Source of the DNA: Vermamoeba vermiformis
Lineage: Eukaryota
NCBI GenBank assembly: GCA_045837725.1
Contig: JBEWZL010000243.1
Coordinates: 62,001-126,000 of the forward strand
Reading direction: 5' to 3'
DNA: 64,000 nt
Shown: piece by piece, positions 13,164 through 26,933 of the stretch
Numbering within the stretch: the stretch's first letter is position 1
Layout of the letters: each line of letters begins with the position of its first letter
The notes under the pieces: generated by a model
What the model was told of the DNA's origin: nothing
The model's input: only the letters and a program-made list of their open reading frames with translations
Database searches by the model: none
Program-made: the position numbers and the translations under genes

Positions 13164-14313
13164 TTATTGCAATAGTCCACTGTCCTTCAATTGCTTGTAC
13201 CGCTCTTCAAGAGTGAGGTACTGCTTGCCAGTCAACTTCGTGAAGTCGTCGCTGACGTGCGTTACGAGTCCAGAGCGAATAATTTCGTACAGCTCGAGCG
13301 TAGATTTGACTTGGTCAGGCGGCATCATCGTATCTAACGCTTGTTTGGTCTCTTCGAGCGATGGACTCACGAACTGGATCGGTCTTTGCAAAACTTCGGT
13401 CAAAACTTTTGCAACGTCTTCACCGCCCAGGGCTCTTGGACCAGTCAGCACGTAAGATTTGCCCACGTGGTCTTTCGGGTTCAATAACACTGTCGCTGCA
13501 GCCTCACCGATGTCTTCGACCGAGACTTGCGTGTACGTGCTGTCACCAACCGGATCCACGTACGTGCCTTGAGCGATCTCTTCTAAATGGTACGTAACAA
13601 TATTTTCCTATAAAATGCGAACAGAGTCAATGTTTAAAAATTTCCTTTTATGGTAAAATTACGAAAGCGGGAAATCCTCAATCGGTTGATAGTACGTACC
13701 TGGAACCAGCCCATACGAATGTAAGTAGTCGGAATGTTAAGTTCTTGGAGCTTTTTTTCCACGGCGCGGAATTCTTTAGCAATGGTGTAGTAGTTGGTCA
13801 GATCGTCTGAAATTTAGTTAAGAATCATTTCCTTAGAAACAAATTCACTTACCAGCTCCTTCAACAGTTCCAAATACGACGTGCTTAACATTAGCAGCCT
13901 TGACTTGGTCAATAAAGCCCTTGATTAGTTGTGACATGTCCAACGAGGGATTGTCCTTCGGTGTGTTCGGAATGGTGACCCAAAGGTAATCGACGCTCTA
14001 AATATTAATATTCGCAATTATTATAATACTATAATTGGGTTTGAAGATAGTACAAGCCAGATCTAAATTGTTAGAAGGAATTTTAATTTTTTTTGAGGCT
14101 TACGTTGAGACCTTCTTCGACACTTTTCTTATCACTGAAATCGAATTTTACATATTCCGCACCCTTCTGGATTAAATCCTTAATTTTGCTGTCTGATCGA
14201 GCTCCAACTCGGATGTGGTACTTAGACTTGTCCGCAAGATCGACCAAATGGCGCGCGGTAGCGTTGCTCGTCACACCAGCGGCGGCAGTTACAAGAATGG
14301 TGATTTTGCTCAT
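13164..14313 (-). CDS. NmrA-like / atypical SDR protein, tandem copy 2
   Basis: Paralog of 11501-12668 (ILVTAAAGVTSNATARHL, VSVEDIGEAAA, VSDDFTKLTGK), with one extra intron near 13808-13851. Confidence 0.85.
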
Positions 14314-14736
14314 TGCTTAAGAGGTTTGTGTTGTCCCAATGTTTCGCTTTCTATTATAAGTACTAATTCCAATCAGGAAGTTATTTATACTTTACATTAG
14401 CGGAGTACGCCACTGTCGAATCACCACGGACTTCCGGTCAGTCAGGACAGTAAGTTAATACGAGTGTCTGCAATGTCTGAATACCGAACATTTTCCGACA
14501 ACGCGACATTGCGAGTCGACTTACTTCAACAAGTGGGAAAACAATTATTACCGTGTATTGATGGCAAGCACTGGCATTATATTGTATAAACCGCTTGTTG
14601 GAGGTAGAAAATTAAACCAAACTTTTCGGATGCGATGTTCTAAGGCAAGGTGGGTCCTAATGGATTATAGAGATAGTTTATTATATTGGTTCCTATTTAC
14701 AATCTTATGTACACTTATTATTCTTTCAAGAATTCT

Positions 14737-15208
14737 TTATGCTGCAATCTGCTGATTTTGATTTTTGTAATAGCCGATCTGATATTGAAGATTGGCGATC
14801 TCTGCTTGGAGTCCTATAGGCACTGTTTAGTAATCATATTATATTATTACCAAATTGTAACTTACGTTCGATTTGTTTCTTCTTTTTGTTCGCGCGATCG
14901 CCATAAACACCTGCCACAACTCCAGCGGAGATCGTGCCTGCTACAGGAATCCAAACGTACGTAGGAGTAGTAGCAGCTACACTAACGTACTTATGATACT
15001 TCTTTTTAGCTCGTTCTAGTAGCCTATAAAGTTCTCTAAGACGAATCTCCATTCCGGATGTGTCTATCGGGGTTGCAGTGGCGAAAGGGTTGTAAGTTTG
15101 GATGACTGCAGTGTTCGGGATAGCTACCATTGGGGTGTCATAATTAGTATTGATGCCCCAAGGATTGGTTGAACTGGGATAAGGCGAGTACTGCATTGTG
15201 GGCTGCAT
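14737..15208 (-). CDS. Small hypothetical protein: Pro/Tyr-rich N-terminus, Gly-rich hydrophobic helix, C-terminal coiled coil (2 exons)
   Basis: ORF 14834-15208 spliced to an exon reading RLQAEIANLQYQIGYYKNQNQQIAA*; hydrophobic segment VWIPVAGTISAGVVAGVY. Confidence 0.55.
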
Positions 15209-15614
15209 CTTGAATCTGTGTTCGCGTTGTTATTTAATATAAAAAATGAGGCAAAAAATTGCAGTCCTATTTATGATATTTTAAGATTGCTTATTATTCG
15301 AATAGAGCCGCGTGATTCCGAATGGAAATTTGACTTCGTTTTCCTAATTTTCTAAATTGTCTGAAAATTAAGAAACTATGTGGTGCCATCATAGCCCATG
15401 ATATTTGTACTTTCACTTCGTTCGCAAGCAAACTAATTTTCTATTTAAATGGATCTGATCGGATTAGTGCTGCTGTAACGTAATACCATTGTTTTCAGAT
15501 TAAGTGTTAAGAAAAAATAATAGTTTTAAAAATTAATGGTGTTGTGGCGCGTGCCTGTGAAATTGTGAATAAAAAGAACCAAAAAAACGGTCGTGTCTTT
15601 AATTTCAGATCGCG

Positions 15615-16392
15615 ATGGAGCAACAGAACGCTAATAACAATAATAATAACAAAGTTGATTTGACGCTCAAGGTAAAACATTATTATCGGTAATAATTATG
15701 TTGAACTAACGAAATTAAATTTTGTAGCTGGTTAGCGCCGGCGATTGGGGCGTGGGAAAAACAGCGTTTGTTCATCGATGGGCTAATAATGACTTCTTCG
15801 CTAATCAAATGACTATTGGAGTAGATTTTGTACGCTAAGACTTATTTTCAAATAATTTTTAAATTTACTAATTATTTTTAAGAAAACAAAAACGATTGGA
15901 CATAGCGGCAAGACAGTAAAAATACTATTTTGGGATGAGGCACCCACGTAAGCAATAATTACGATTTTTTCTGCTCGATCCAGAATTAATTTTACTTTTA
16001 GCAAGGGATTTCGTCGGTTTGGCGCATTTTCCTTTAGAGGCGCGGCAGGAGCTTTTATTATGTACAGAGTGGACCGACGAGAGTCTTTTGAACGATTGCA
16101 ATATTGGTTCGATGAAGTGGATAGACAGGCCGTTAAAGAATGTTGCAAAGTTTTGATTGGCACTTTCGCGGATGTACCCGAAGACCAACGCCAAGTAACG
16201 TACCAAGAGGCTAAGAAATTCGCACAAGATCATGGTGTGAGGTACTTCGAAGTCAGTGCATTGAACGGCGAGAACGTGATTGAAGCCGTGAATTTGATGG
16301 TGGATCTGATTATGGCCGAGCCGGATCGATACGTCACTATTAATCCTGTTAGTCGCAATGAAAAGAGTAATGGATGGTGCAGCATTATATAA
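15615..16392 (+). CDS. Divergent Rab-like small GTPase, 4 exons
   Basis: P-loop GDWGVGKT, RabF1 TIGVDF, RESFERLQYW, G5 FEVSAL, C-terminal CSII prenylation motif. G3 and G4 boxes are non-canonical. Confidence 0.85.
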
Positions 16393-16631
16393 AGCCAGTA
16401 ATAGCTTGTAGTATTAGAACTTAAAATGTGCATCAGATGTAAATAAAATTGTTGAATCAAAGCCACTTTCCTTGTTACTAATACGAGTAAATATTATGAC
16501 AAAATATAATAAGAACTGATCGAGACGATTAAAACTGCTTTGGGCGAAAAATAACCGACCACAAAGCAAAAAAGGTTTGTGGCCGATCTCGCGGTCATTT
16601 TTGGAGCAGAATATTGAATGAAACACAGCAA

Positions 16632-18757
16632 ATGGAAAATGGACATATGAAAAATAAAGTGCGAGAGCTATTCTTCTCGGTCAATTCGACGAGGACCGTG
16701 TACAAAAGCCGATCTGATTTTTATATCGTAAGTACGCATATAATTCGGTAGAAAAATTTTCCTACACTATTACTATAGTCCACTAAACATATAATACCTT
16801 TTTGGGCCCTAATTGCAACAATCAAATTTTGAAATAATTAATTAAAAGAAATTTTCTTGCAAAGTAATTGGCTTAATGAGGAATGTTCGCGTTATATTAA
16901 CTTTATAATATTCAGGAATATTTAGTATCGGTTAGTTGCCACTTGCAAGACGGCTATCAGTTTGTTTACCAGATCGCTCGACGCTATTCGTTATTTTTCG
17001 ATCTTTACGAGCTAGTACGTACAAATTATTACAACAAATATAATTATATTAATGAGTTATTATTGGTTAGATCCATAAGCAATTCCATTTCAATTACCAA
17101 AATTTCCCGCGCAAAATGCCGATGGCGAATAAAAAGAGTAACGTCATTGAAGAGCGTAGAATTCAATTAGATAGCTTCTTAAATGAACTAGCAAAGGTAT
17201 ATAATTTAATATTACAATTTATGATCATAACTTGATTCTTACAGAACGAAGACATCATCCACAGCGAAACTTTGCAAAAATTTCTGGAACTTCCGGAGGC
17301 TATTGACAAAGAATTAAGCAATAATAAGTCACGTGGGTGCATAAATAAGCTATTTTAAGCCTCTAATTTCGTTTTTAAGGCGGTGCTGGCGAAATAATTG
17401 AAGCGCTCATTGATTCGGAGAAAAAATACATCAGTCAGCTCGAAATGCTAAAAGTACGGCCCATAATATCGTATTATAGTATCTTATAGTATTGTTAGAT
17501 GTTTAAAAGACGATTAAGAGAAGCGTTGAATAGAACCGAAGCGATTAGCAGATCTGATCTGGATCCGCTGTTCAACAACATTGAAGCGATTTATTTATAT
17601 CACGATCAGTTCTTTCAAGACATTCAAAAGAATTCGCGCAATAGACCGAAGACTTTGTCATTAGTGAAGCCTGTAGAGGCCATGGTAAGATTTATTTGAC
17701 ACGTGTCAATAAGCATTCAACAGCCTACTTTGCCTTATTTAGAAATAATAATATTGCAAAAATTTATTGGTTATGATTAAATTAGCATTAAAATTTGCTC
17801 TTAGCGCTAATTTTGTATTTTTTGACAGTTGACATTCAACGCTCGACTGTACAGCGATTACATCAACAATTTTGAGACTACAAAAGAGTTAATATCGATA
17901 TTCAAATCAAATACAGCGCTTACTCAAGCGATATTGGATTGTGAATTTGAGTTGCGCGAACAAAATGTCAAACTGGAGGATCTGATCTTTGCTCCAGCTC
18001 AACAGATCAAGCAATATTATCACATGTTGCAGGTACACAATATAATAGTAATAATGATATTAGTTAACGGTATTTATTAGCAATTATCCGGCTTGCCTGA
18101 AGAGGTTGTGGAAAATATCGAAGATCTGGATGTGACACTCAAGACAGTCAAAGAACTTTACGTTAATATGCAAAAGATATTGAAGGCACAACATACATTA
18201 CACGACGATTGGATGCGCGTTGATGAATTGCTGGGAAACGAGCTGAATGTAAGATCCAAAAAATTTCACGCCTAATCCAAATTTCCAGCAAAATATCTCG
18301 CAAGCGAAGATATCTATTTATTATAAGTATAGTGATACTTATTAAATTTGACTAGGACTATGAAGTTCCGCATAGTGCAAAGCTGTGGCGTGAAGGTGAA
18401 ATGATGTTCAGTCAAAAACAAAAGAGCCAATCAAAAGAAAAGAATTACTACGTGTATTTATTCGACAATCGATTGTTAATCTCCGCGCGAGATACAAAAC
18501 ATCACGGTCAAACAAAAGTCAAACACAACATTCTGCTCAAAAAAGACGATCTGATCGAACTGTTGAAAGAAGGTACGCTTGATTATGACACATCTATTTA
18601 GACTATAGCATCGTATTATGATTTTTATACTATTTTATTAGATCCATATGTTATTAGAGTGACACAGTTCAAAGAATCAATTTTCATCAGATCCGTTGAT
18701 GGAAATCAAGACACGGAGACTTGGATGACCAGAATATTAGCAGCTGTAAAGAAATAG
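16632..18757 (+). CDS. PX-RhoGEF(DH)-PH domain protein, multi-exon
   Basis: PX: IARRYSLFFDLYEL..FPRK..IEERRIQLDSFLNEL. DH: IIEALIDSEKKYISQL, LFNNIEAIYLYH, YSDYINNF, LEDLIFAPAQQIKQY. PH: LWREGEM, YVYLFDNRLLIS, TWMTRILAAV*. Confidence 0.85.
17697..17708. promoter_or_regulatory. Recurrent intronic palindrome TGACACGTGTCA (also 32186-32197, 33670-33681, 34709-34720)
   Basis: Four exact 12-bp copies read directly, all in introns; near copy at 51230-51240. Confidence 0.45.
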
Positions 18758-18874
18758 TACTATAATATCACCTATGGTAACTTATGCGGTACAATTCAAG
18801 CTTCAGTCGTGTACGGATGGATACGCGGATCAAAAGACCAGAAAATTGACAGGTTTAAAAGCACATTATGGACG

Positions 18875-19650
18875 TACTTGTACTTAGGTATTATTATGTA
18901 AAATGACTTGCGCCAGAGATGGTGGGTTGCTAGCAAGCAAAATAAAAAATACACTCAACACCAACTTAGACCCAAGTGCGCACCACACATTACGTCATGA
19001 TACAGCGATCAAAAAGCTCCGTAAATTCATCAACGAGCCTTTCTCTTGTTCTAACTGCTTGGTGGAAACACATGAGGAGATTCGGGCCTTGGGTACGGTT
19101 TAACTCTCCACGATTTTTTATTAATTATTAATATGCAATAATTTAATGATAAGGTTACATACCACACAATGCACGTTAATTTGCGCCCATATAAATTTTT
19201 TTCTCGCTGCAAATCTGATCCTAAATTAATTAACTGACCATTTTCATTTGAAATATTTCATTATAATTCAAGACTAGCATATTGTAAATAATACTTATTT
19301 ACACGTAAACAAGGATGCTTTTTAGTATTCAGCTCTACGACTCCTGTTGCATTGCTTAAAACATTATACCGAACGTTGAATCGGCTTTATTTTATTGCAT
19401 ATTTGCCATTTCGAAAAGCTTCGTAAGTGATTCCTGCGCAGATCGTAACAATAATTTGTGCTCTGCTCGCGTTGCTACGCGAATTGAATCAAAATCATTT
19501 TGAATTATATACATTATAAAGGCGCACGTTTATTATAGTCATTGTTGCTAATTACTTTGCAGCCTCTATGATTGCTATCGTTAATTTCATGCCAAGTTTT
19601 GCTTACATCGACGGATCTGCTTTGATTCAGCAGTAGCTTCTTTGCGATAA
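18875..19650 (-). pseudogene. Possible degenerate F-box-like gene relic
   Basis: Exon-like segments bounded by GT/AG (VDVSKTWHEINDSN; LNRTQGPNLLMCFHQAVRTRERLVDEFTELFDRCIM), with an in-frame TAA in one segment. No complete model could be built. Confidence 0.25.
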
Positions 19651-19838
19651 TTATAGACAGTTTCTAAATATAGAAAGCGAAATGAGTTATTTGGTAATTT
19701 CGTTATTGCTAATTCGTGCGCGATTTGTGAACCAAAAATAACCATAAATAGTTTGTTTAAATCAAATACTCATAATCAACAATCGACAATAAGACAACAA
19801 GTCGTTAATTAATATTAATTTAATTCTTCGAAATAATA

Positions 19839-20280
19839 ATGAATCTTCGTCTGGCGTGCATTTTGGCTGGCCTTCTCGGCATCGGACAATTTGTCCTGTG
19901 GATCTTGCAAGTCACCTACGTGGGCAACAACTACGCAGCATATATTATAGGCACTACTTTCATCGTCATTTCAAGGCCTTGGACTCTTTGGATTAATTCC
20001 CCAAGAACGAACTCCTCAATCCGAATCCGTTCCTCGTCGCCAGATCCACGATTCTCCTCGCTTTTGGCTCGTAGGACTAGGCGCTGCTAGTTGTGCATTG
20101 GCCTTTTGGATTGCGAATCAGATCTGGACTGCTGTCACCTACGGATCTATCTACGCTGCCACGGAACCAACTTTGACGCCCCAGTTATACGGCTTTAATA
20201 TTCCTGGAATTGCTGTTGCCGCGGCTATTACTGCTTTGTTTGTATATGGATGGCGCAACGCTAAATATCAAGCAGTTTAA
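19839..20280 (+). CDS. Intronless small 4-TM membrane protein with a one-base frameshift near 19969-19974
   Basis: Removing one base after ..TTFIVI gives QGLGLFGLIPQ...FWLVGLGAASCALAFWIANQIW...IAVAAAITALFVYGWRNAKYQAV*. This fuses ORFs 19839 and 20098 into four hydrophobic helices. Confidence 0.6.
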
Positions 20281-20351
20281 ACATTAGCCAGAACCGATAA
20301 ACAACTATTGTTGAAAATGCTTTTTATAAGTTGTTCGTTTACACATATTTT

Positions 20352-21897
20352 TTAGGTTGTAAAATTAAGAGGCACGTTTTCTACAATGACAATAGGCAAC
20401 TTCACTATCGCTTTCGACAATTTAATCCACAAATAGTGTCTCTTTCGTATGACATTGCTGTAGAATATCGACTGTTCAAAATCTTTCGGGATGTGCACTG
20501 CGACCCGTTGCGTCCTCGTGTCTTTCGCTGGAACAAGAAATTCGATGTCCCACGATACTTCTTTTTTGAAATGTGCGTTGTGTGGTACATGTTCTTCAGT
20601 TGCTGAATAATATGTTGGGCAGATTGTACAGCTGCGGATCGAGATCTTCAGGTTTTTGACAGGTTTTGATTTTAAATTCGCAACAGTAATGTCCAGCAGT
20701 ACTCTTTGCCCTGGTAAGTATACATTTGCGGGACACGAGGCTGTTAGCTTGTATTCGTGAACAATTCCTAAAACGTAAGTGTCCGAGGATCCAGTCACCG
20801 GCTGTGATTTGCGCAGTTCGGAGCTAACGTCGTATTTAGGGAGCACTGGTATATTAATAGACTTGTGCATTTTTTTGGAGCCATTTTCGCCTTCAATAAA
20901 TACTTCAACGCCGTAAATGATGGATCCAGTTTGACAGTCAGCAAGTCCGCTCTCTGATTGCATGCTGCCCGATAAATATTCTCCTTTTTCACCACAGTGA
21001 GGAAATGGAACGTCAAATTTGAAGCGGTGGAGGCCGTTGGCAAATGTTATCGGCGAACGATGCGGATGTACTTTGATGTTAAATATTTTGTTGAACGGCT
21101 TTGATTCGAGTTTTTTGTGCTTATATCGAGATTCATTATAATCGTATATCTCCCTAATGAACGGTGAGTGCTCCTCGCAATAGAGCCGTAAAAAGACTCC
21201 CTTGGCAACGAGATCTTTGTTCGTTTTGAAAATAACTAGCCCGCTAATTCGTTTCCCCATACAATTAGCGTATACAGTCGTAGGATTTAGCATTATGTTG
21301 ATATCACTGCCTCCTAACAGATCTGAAATTTGGGTGTTAGATTCGGAAACAAAAATATTATTTCAGATATCTATTGTCAGAATATTCTATAGATAAATCA
21401 CATTAAATACTTACATTTAACATGCTCGATGTACTTTTGTTTGTAAAACACTGTTCTCGGAGAAGTTTCGTTAACGACCGTCGGATCTTGACCTGTCAAA
21501 CTTGTGTAATGTTTAAACCACAAGTGATTGTCTTCTGAGCCTATTTTCCAATCTCTGCACACTGTTCCTGCCTGAAATCCGGTCAATAAAAGAAAAACAA
21601 GTTGAAGTAAGACATCTTTCTGAAAAAATCTTTCTGATGTCCATTTAGATTAAATCTTTAATAATTAAAGAGCAATTAATACAGTAGTATTATTGTTAGG
21701 TAATTAAAAAATATTCCGGTTTTTGCTCGAAAAATCCGACTTTGATGGCACTTACCGCAATTACATCGTTGAAACTGACGCTGTCGAATATTTTCACCAA
21801 TATCTGCATATCATAAATTAGTAACGCAAGTAATGATTACTGAAATGTGCGTACTAACCTCGATCGGGAGAGGAGGCGTGCTGCGGCGGATGTCCAT
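20352..21897 (-). CDS. F-box + arrestin-fold protein, tandem copy 1 (4 exons)
   Basis: Exons give MDIRRSTPPLPIE|ILVKIFDSVSFNDVIA|AGTVCRDWKIGSEDNHLW (F-box). These are followed by arrestin-N-like (ISGLVIFK..GVFLRLYCEE, GLHRFKFDVPFP, GSIIYGVEVFI) and arrestin-C-like (VYLPGQRVLLDITVANLKSKPVKNLKISI, VKLPIVI) segments. Confidence 0.75.
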
Positions 21898-22145
21898 GTT
21901 TGTTTGTTGCTATTGTTGTAATTACAATGACTCTATGAGCACTAAATAACATTATAGCAGGTTTGATAAGTAGATACGAGGGGGCAAATATTCGGTCCCA
22001 TCAAGTGTCAAAGTGTCACCGGGTAAAAAAAATATTTCCGTTAGCAGCTTCTTACGAAAAATACTAATACCCTTCGTAAGAGTCTAGTATAACCTACTTA
22101 CTGCTAATTATTAATTTTTATTCTCAAGCTCTTCGTGACGTTACA

Positions 22146-23722
22146 TTAAGATGAGGTGTTGAGCGGATTTACGCTAGTTATTCGCGGTGTGCCCACAATA
22201 ACAATAGGAAACCTCAATAAGGCCTCGGATGATAGTCGGACCCATAGGTAGTGTCGTCGTTGCATCACTCTGCTGTACATAATTGACTGTTCAAAATCTT
22301 TCGGGATGCGCAGTTCGATCTGATGCGTTTTTGTGTCTTTCGCTGGAACGGGGAAGTCAATATCCCACCATATGTCTTCTTTAGTAGGTACTTCTGATAA
22401 GGTCGTAGAGCCTGCTGCAGCACTTTGTGGGCAAATTCCAACGCTGCGGATCGAGATCTTCAATTTTTTGACTGGCTTTGACTTTGAATTAGCGACGGTA
22501 ATTGCCAATGACACTGTTTGTCCTAGCAGGAATACATCCGTCGGGCACGTGACTGATAGCGTGTATTCATGAAAAACTCCGAAAAAGGTGTAACTCTCCT
22601 TCGTGCCTTTTAACGGCTTAGCTTTGTGCAATTCGTCTCTAATATCGTATTTAGGCAGTGCTTTAAGGTTGACTGTTGAGGTATGCAATTTTTTGGCGCC
22701 AGTCTCGTCTTCAATAAATGCTTCAACTCCGTACATAATGTATCCAGACATGAAATCGAAAAGTCGGTCTTCTGTTTGAAAGCTGCCGGATAAATATTCG
22801 CCATTTTGACCGCTATGAGGGAACGGCACGTCAAATCTGAAGCAGTAGACGCCCTTAGTGAATTTCAGCGGTGTTTGATCTGGATTTACTTTTACGTTGA
22901 AAATCTTGTTAAATGGCTTTGACTCAACTGTATCGTATCTATAGGTTGTTTTATATTCATCTTGCACGAATTTCATGAATGATGTCTTTTCCTCGCAGAA
23001 GAGTCGGACGAAGACTCCTCTGGCCACTAGATCTTTCTTCGCTTTCAAAATAATTAGACCTCGTAGTCGTTGTCCAATGCAATTAGCGAATATAGTTGTT
23101 GTAGGCATTGTTAGATTGAAATCGTTGTCTCCTAACAGATCTAAATATAACGGCATTAGATCGAGAAAACAAACACAACACATTTTCAAACACGCGTTGC
23201 GTTATTCTCAATGTTATTAGTGATGATAAATACTTACGTTTAATATGATCGATATACTTTTGTTTGTAAAACACGGTTCTCGACGATGTTTCATGAACGA
23301 ACATTGGATCTTGACTTGTTTGTCTCGAGTAATGTTCCAGCCAAAGGTGATTGTCTTCTGAGCCTATTTTCCAGTCTCTACAAACTGTTCCTGCCTGAAT
23401 ATATATGTAAGAGGTGGGTGGTGTCAATGAATTCATTTCGAAACGAAGATCCGACTCAATTGTTGAGATGGCGGATATTTTTGAATCAATAAATATGAAA
23501 CGTAGCAAAATATAGTAATTACTAGTGACATCTAATTTATTAACGATTTGTTTAATAATGTTTTACCTTGATTAAATCATCGAAGCTGATGTAGTTGAAT
23601 ATTTTGACCAATATCTGGATAATAAAATATTAGTGTTAATATCTATCTATCGTACAACGGAGAGAATATCTAATAACGCGAGAACGAACCTCGATCGGAA
23701 GAGGTGGCGTCTGGAGCTCCAT
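22146..23722 (-). CDS. F-box + arrestin-fold protein, tandem copy 2 (4 exons)
   Basis: MELQTPPLPIE|ILVKIFNYISFDDLIK|AGTVCRDWKIGSEDNHLW, then the long arrestin-like exon; same intron positions as copy 1. Confidence 0.75.
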
Positions 23723-24192
23723 TCGTGCTTGATTTGCAAGTTAGTATTAATGTCGTTAACCACGCATACAGGATAAAATAATATGCCAGGTCCAATTATT
23801 TATAATTTTATCTTTTTTCCGTTGCGCGGTTCGGAAAGGTCGAAAGAAAAATATCGGTCGCCAATAGAAATATCTAGGCACTGGGATATTGAAGTAAGGT
23901 ATCGTGCATAATTATAATATGAAGACGGCGCATTGTATTTTAATCGCGTAAATATAATGCAAAGTTGAATCTTTCCGAATCTTTTGTTTTTGTGATCCGA
24001 TTGCGCCAAAATAATATGATAATATAACACCCGTGATATTAAATAACATGGAGCATTTTTGAGAGGTCAAATCAATTTGTGAGTTGTGGTCTTCCGAAGA
24101 TCGTGAAAGAATGTTCTATTTATTTTGTTGCGCGACAATTCGACCACAAAAGACCATATATATTTCAAATAACAAAAGTGGGGGAGGTTGAT

Positions 24193-26933
24193 ATGGAAGA
24201 GACGGAACGACTACTAGTAAATGTCGTTCGAGAAGAGCAAGATTCGCTCGCAATTAATTTACGAATACCTACAAACTCAACAATATATTCAGAAGGCTCG
24301 CCGATTAAAATAAAAGAATTGGTAGGAATATTTTAAGCAAATTGGCATTGTTTATTTATTTAAAAGAATAATTTTATCGGCAAATTTCCTACATCTACCT
24401 TTTCGCTCGAACTTTCAATCAATACACGTAAAAATATTAATTAAATATGTATATTGCACGATGATTTATCCGAAAATATCTTGTAATCGTCAACGTTAGG
24501 CCAATTAAAAAGTTGGCGGGAAATTGTTTAAATCCACCCTATAATTTCTAATTAAGAATACCTACAATTTTTAATATGAAATAGCCATTGCATTTTTTAT
24601 ATAATAATTATTGACGATTTTCCTTTAGCGCTCGGTCGTAAAGCACAAAGAAAGACGAGGGCATTTATTCAGCTTAGATCTGATTAGAGGATTCGCTGTG
24701 GCCGGTTATATATTTGGAGTATCAGTAAGTGTTGTTTTGCAATATAGTTAATAGCTTATTCTTGAATTATTTCGCCACTCGATCGTACTACGCATCTTCT
24801 TAACTTGGCAGAATTATTATTTAACGTACTTATATACATAATTAGCAATAATACGTCTAAGCAATATTATTACGGCAAGAATTACTATAATACTACGAAA
24901 TTCGATTAAAATTCATACTAATTTTCGCTTTTTGTACTGGATCAGCAAGGTGACAATCGATTCGCGTATGAACTGTTTAAAACGAGTGATTGGGACGGAT
25001 ATCTCGTCGGAGACTTCATTCCTGCCCTATTTACATTCGTACTCGGAGTTTCAATATTCCATTATTTAAGAAAAAAGACGCCAACGATGGGATCTGGTAC
25101 GTTCGATTTAATTCTATTTATTTCGTAGAAAATCGTTAATATATGTATTTATCCGTACTAATACGGTGTTTATATGCGTAGTATGGGCACGAATATTCAA
25201 ACGAACTTTCATTTTCTTCGCGGCTGGATTTTTGCTCAATTTTATGGAAGCCACTGGACATATAGAAAATACTATTATCATGGGGTAAGCATATTCGAAG
25301 GATCATTTTTCTAAGTAAAAAGAGCTAGCTCTTGCCAAAAAAGGAAATTAAACTTAAAAAAAATTCTGAAATTATTATTGGCAGCTATTAATGTTTTATA
25401 ATTAATTAGGCCACTGCAAAGAACAGCGCTTGTATATTTATTAGTTGCTATTAATGTTCTCGTGTTCCACAAAGCTATTCAACGGATCGTCGTTTTCGCT
25501 ATTTTTGGCGTTTATATTGGCATGATGTACGGCCTGCCAGTACCTGATTTTGAGACCGATAATACTATGATGATTACTTGCGGTACGTATAATACTTCAA
25601 ATTACTATAATTATGCTCATTAATTAATTTTTAGGACGCGCGATCTTGTCGCGTGAATGTAATGCAGCTGGTTGGATTGATAGACAAATATTTCATCGAA
25701 AGAATATGTAAGTACTTAACAGTATAGTATTATAGATGATATGGCTAGTGTTAACAATTCTAATTAGGATTTATCCGACGGATCCATACGGCTTTTTGAT
25801 TACTTGTTCTGCTATTGCCACTTGTTGGTGCGGCGTTGAATTTGGGCGTTTGAGTACGTACATAATAACAATAATACGAATAATAGGATCGTTATTAATG
25901 CGACTCATTTTTTTAGTGGATTTCGTTCGTAAGCAACAAAAGAAACGAAAGCTGAAAGATAGAGAAGACGATTATACTATTCAAATCACTAAGGACACTT
26001 ACGCGCATTTATTCCGTTCTCAAAAGCCTTGGAGGTGCGTACTAGTACATTTGTTATTTTACGCGATCCAAACAAAATAATGCATGGAGGTGTTCAAACA
26101 TAATATCTTATTAATTTATTAATACTCTATTATAGAGCGGAGTGGGCGTGGGGTCTACTTACTCTCGTGTTATTATTGGTTGGCGGTCTGTTGACTTTGA
26201 GATTCCCGCTCAACTGGCACATCTGGTCGTTTTCATTCGCGATTTTTTCTGCAGGCCTCGGTGGACTCTTATATGGTACGTCATTCACATATTGCGCTCA
26301 CTATGAGATACTAACTTGTCTGTTACAATTAATTTCCTTTTTTGGAAATTCCGTTACAAATTTGCTTCGACCTCCACTTAACTACAATTTATTATCTATT
26401 GTCCTATTATATTGACATATTATTATTATAGGCTTGTTTTTCATATTGTTGGACAAATTGTCGTACAAACGAGCGCGCCATGGCTTGCGCTGGCCATTAG
26501 CGCCGTTTGTGTGGCTCGGCATCAATGCATTCACGATATTTGTGTGCGTTACAATTGTAGAGGATTTATTGAAGACCGTCACTTCAATTAGCATGGGTAA
26601 GTTCATAATGTAATCGACTATAATTTTTTTGGCACTGGATCTAGTACTACTTAAGTTAGTTGAAAATATTAATAATATATTGATTAATAGGCACGGAACA
26701 AGTATCTGCTTGGGAGTGGATTTATATTAACTGTTTCGTCAGCTGGTTGAAGGTAAAGATCCGATCGAATTTTTTTGTAACTCGATATTCTCATTAATAA
26801 GTCCTATATATGATAATCTCGCTATTAATAGGACAAGTACTTTGCATCGTTCTTCATGTCAGCAGTTCATTTCTTGTTCTGGTTGTTAGTCTCGTTGTGT
26901 TTAGATCGACTCAAGTGGTATTTGATCGTGTAA
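24193..26933 (+). CDS. HGSNAT-like multipass transmembrane acyltransferase-family protein, multi-exon
   Basis: SLDLIRGFAV, WDGYLVGDFIPALFTFVLGVSI, GPLQRTALVYL, CNAAGWIDRQIF, DPYGFL, PFVWLGINAFTIFV; ends LDRLKWYLIV*. Confidence 0.75.
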
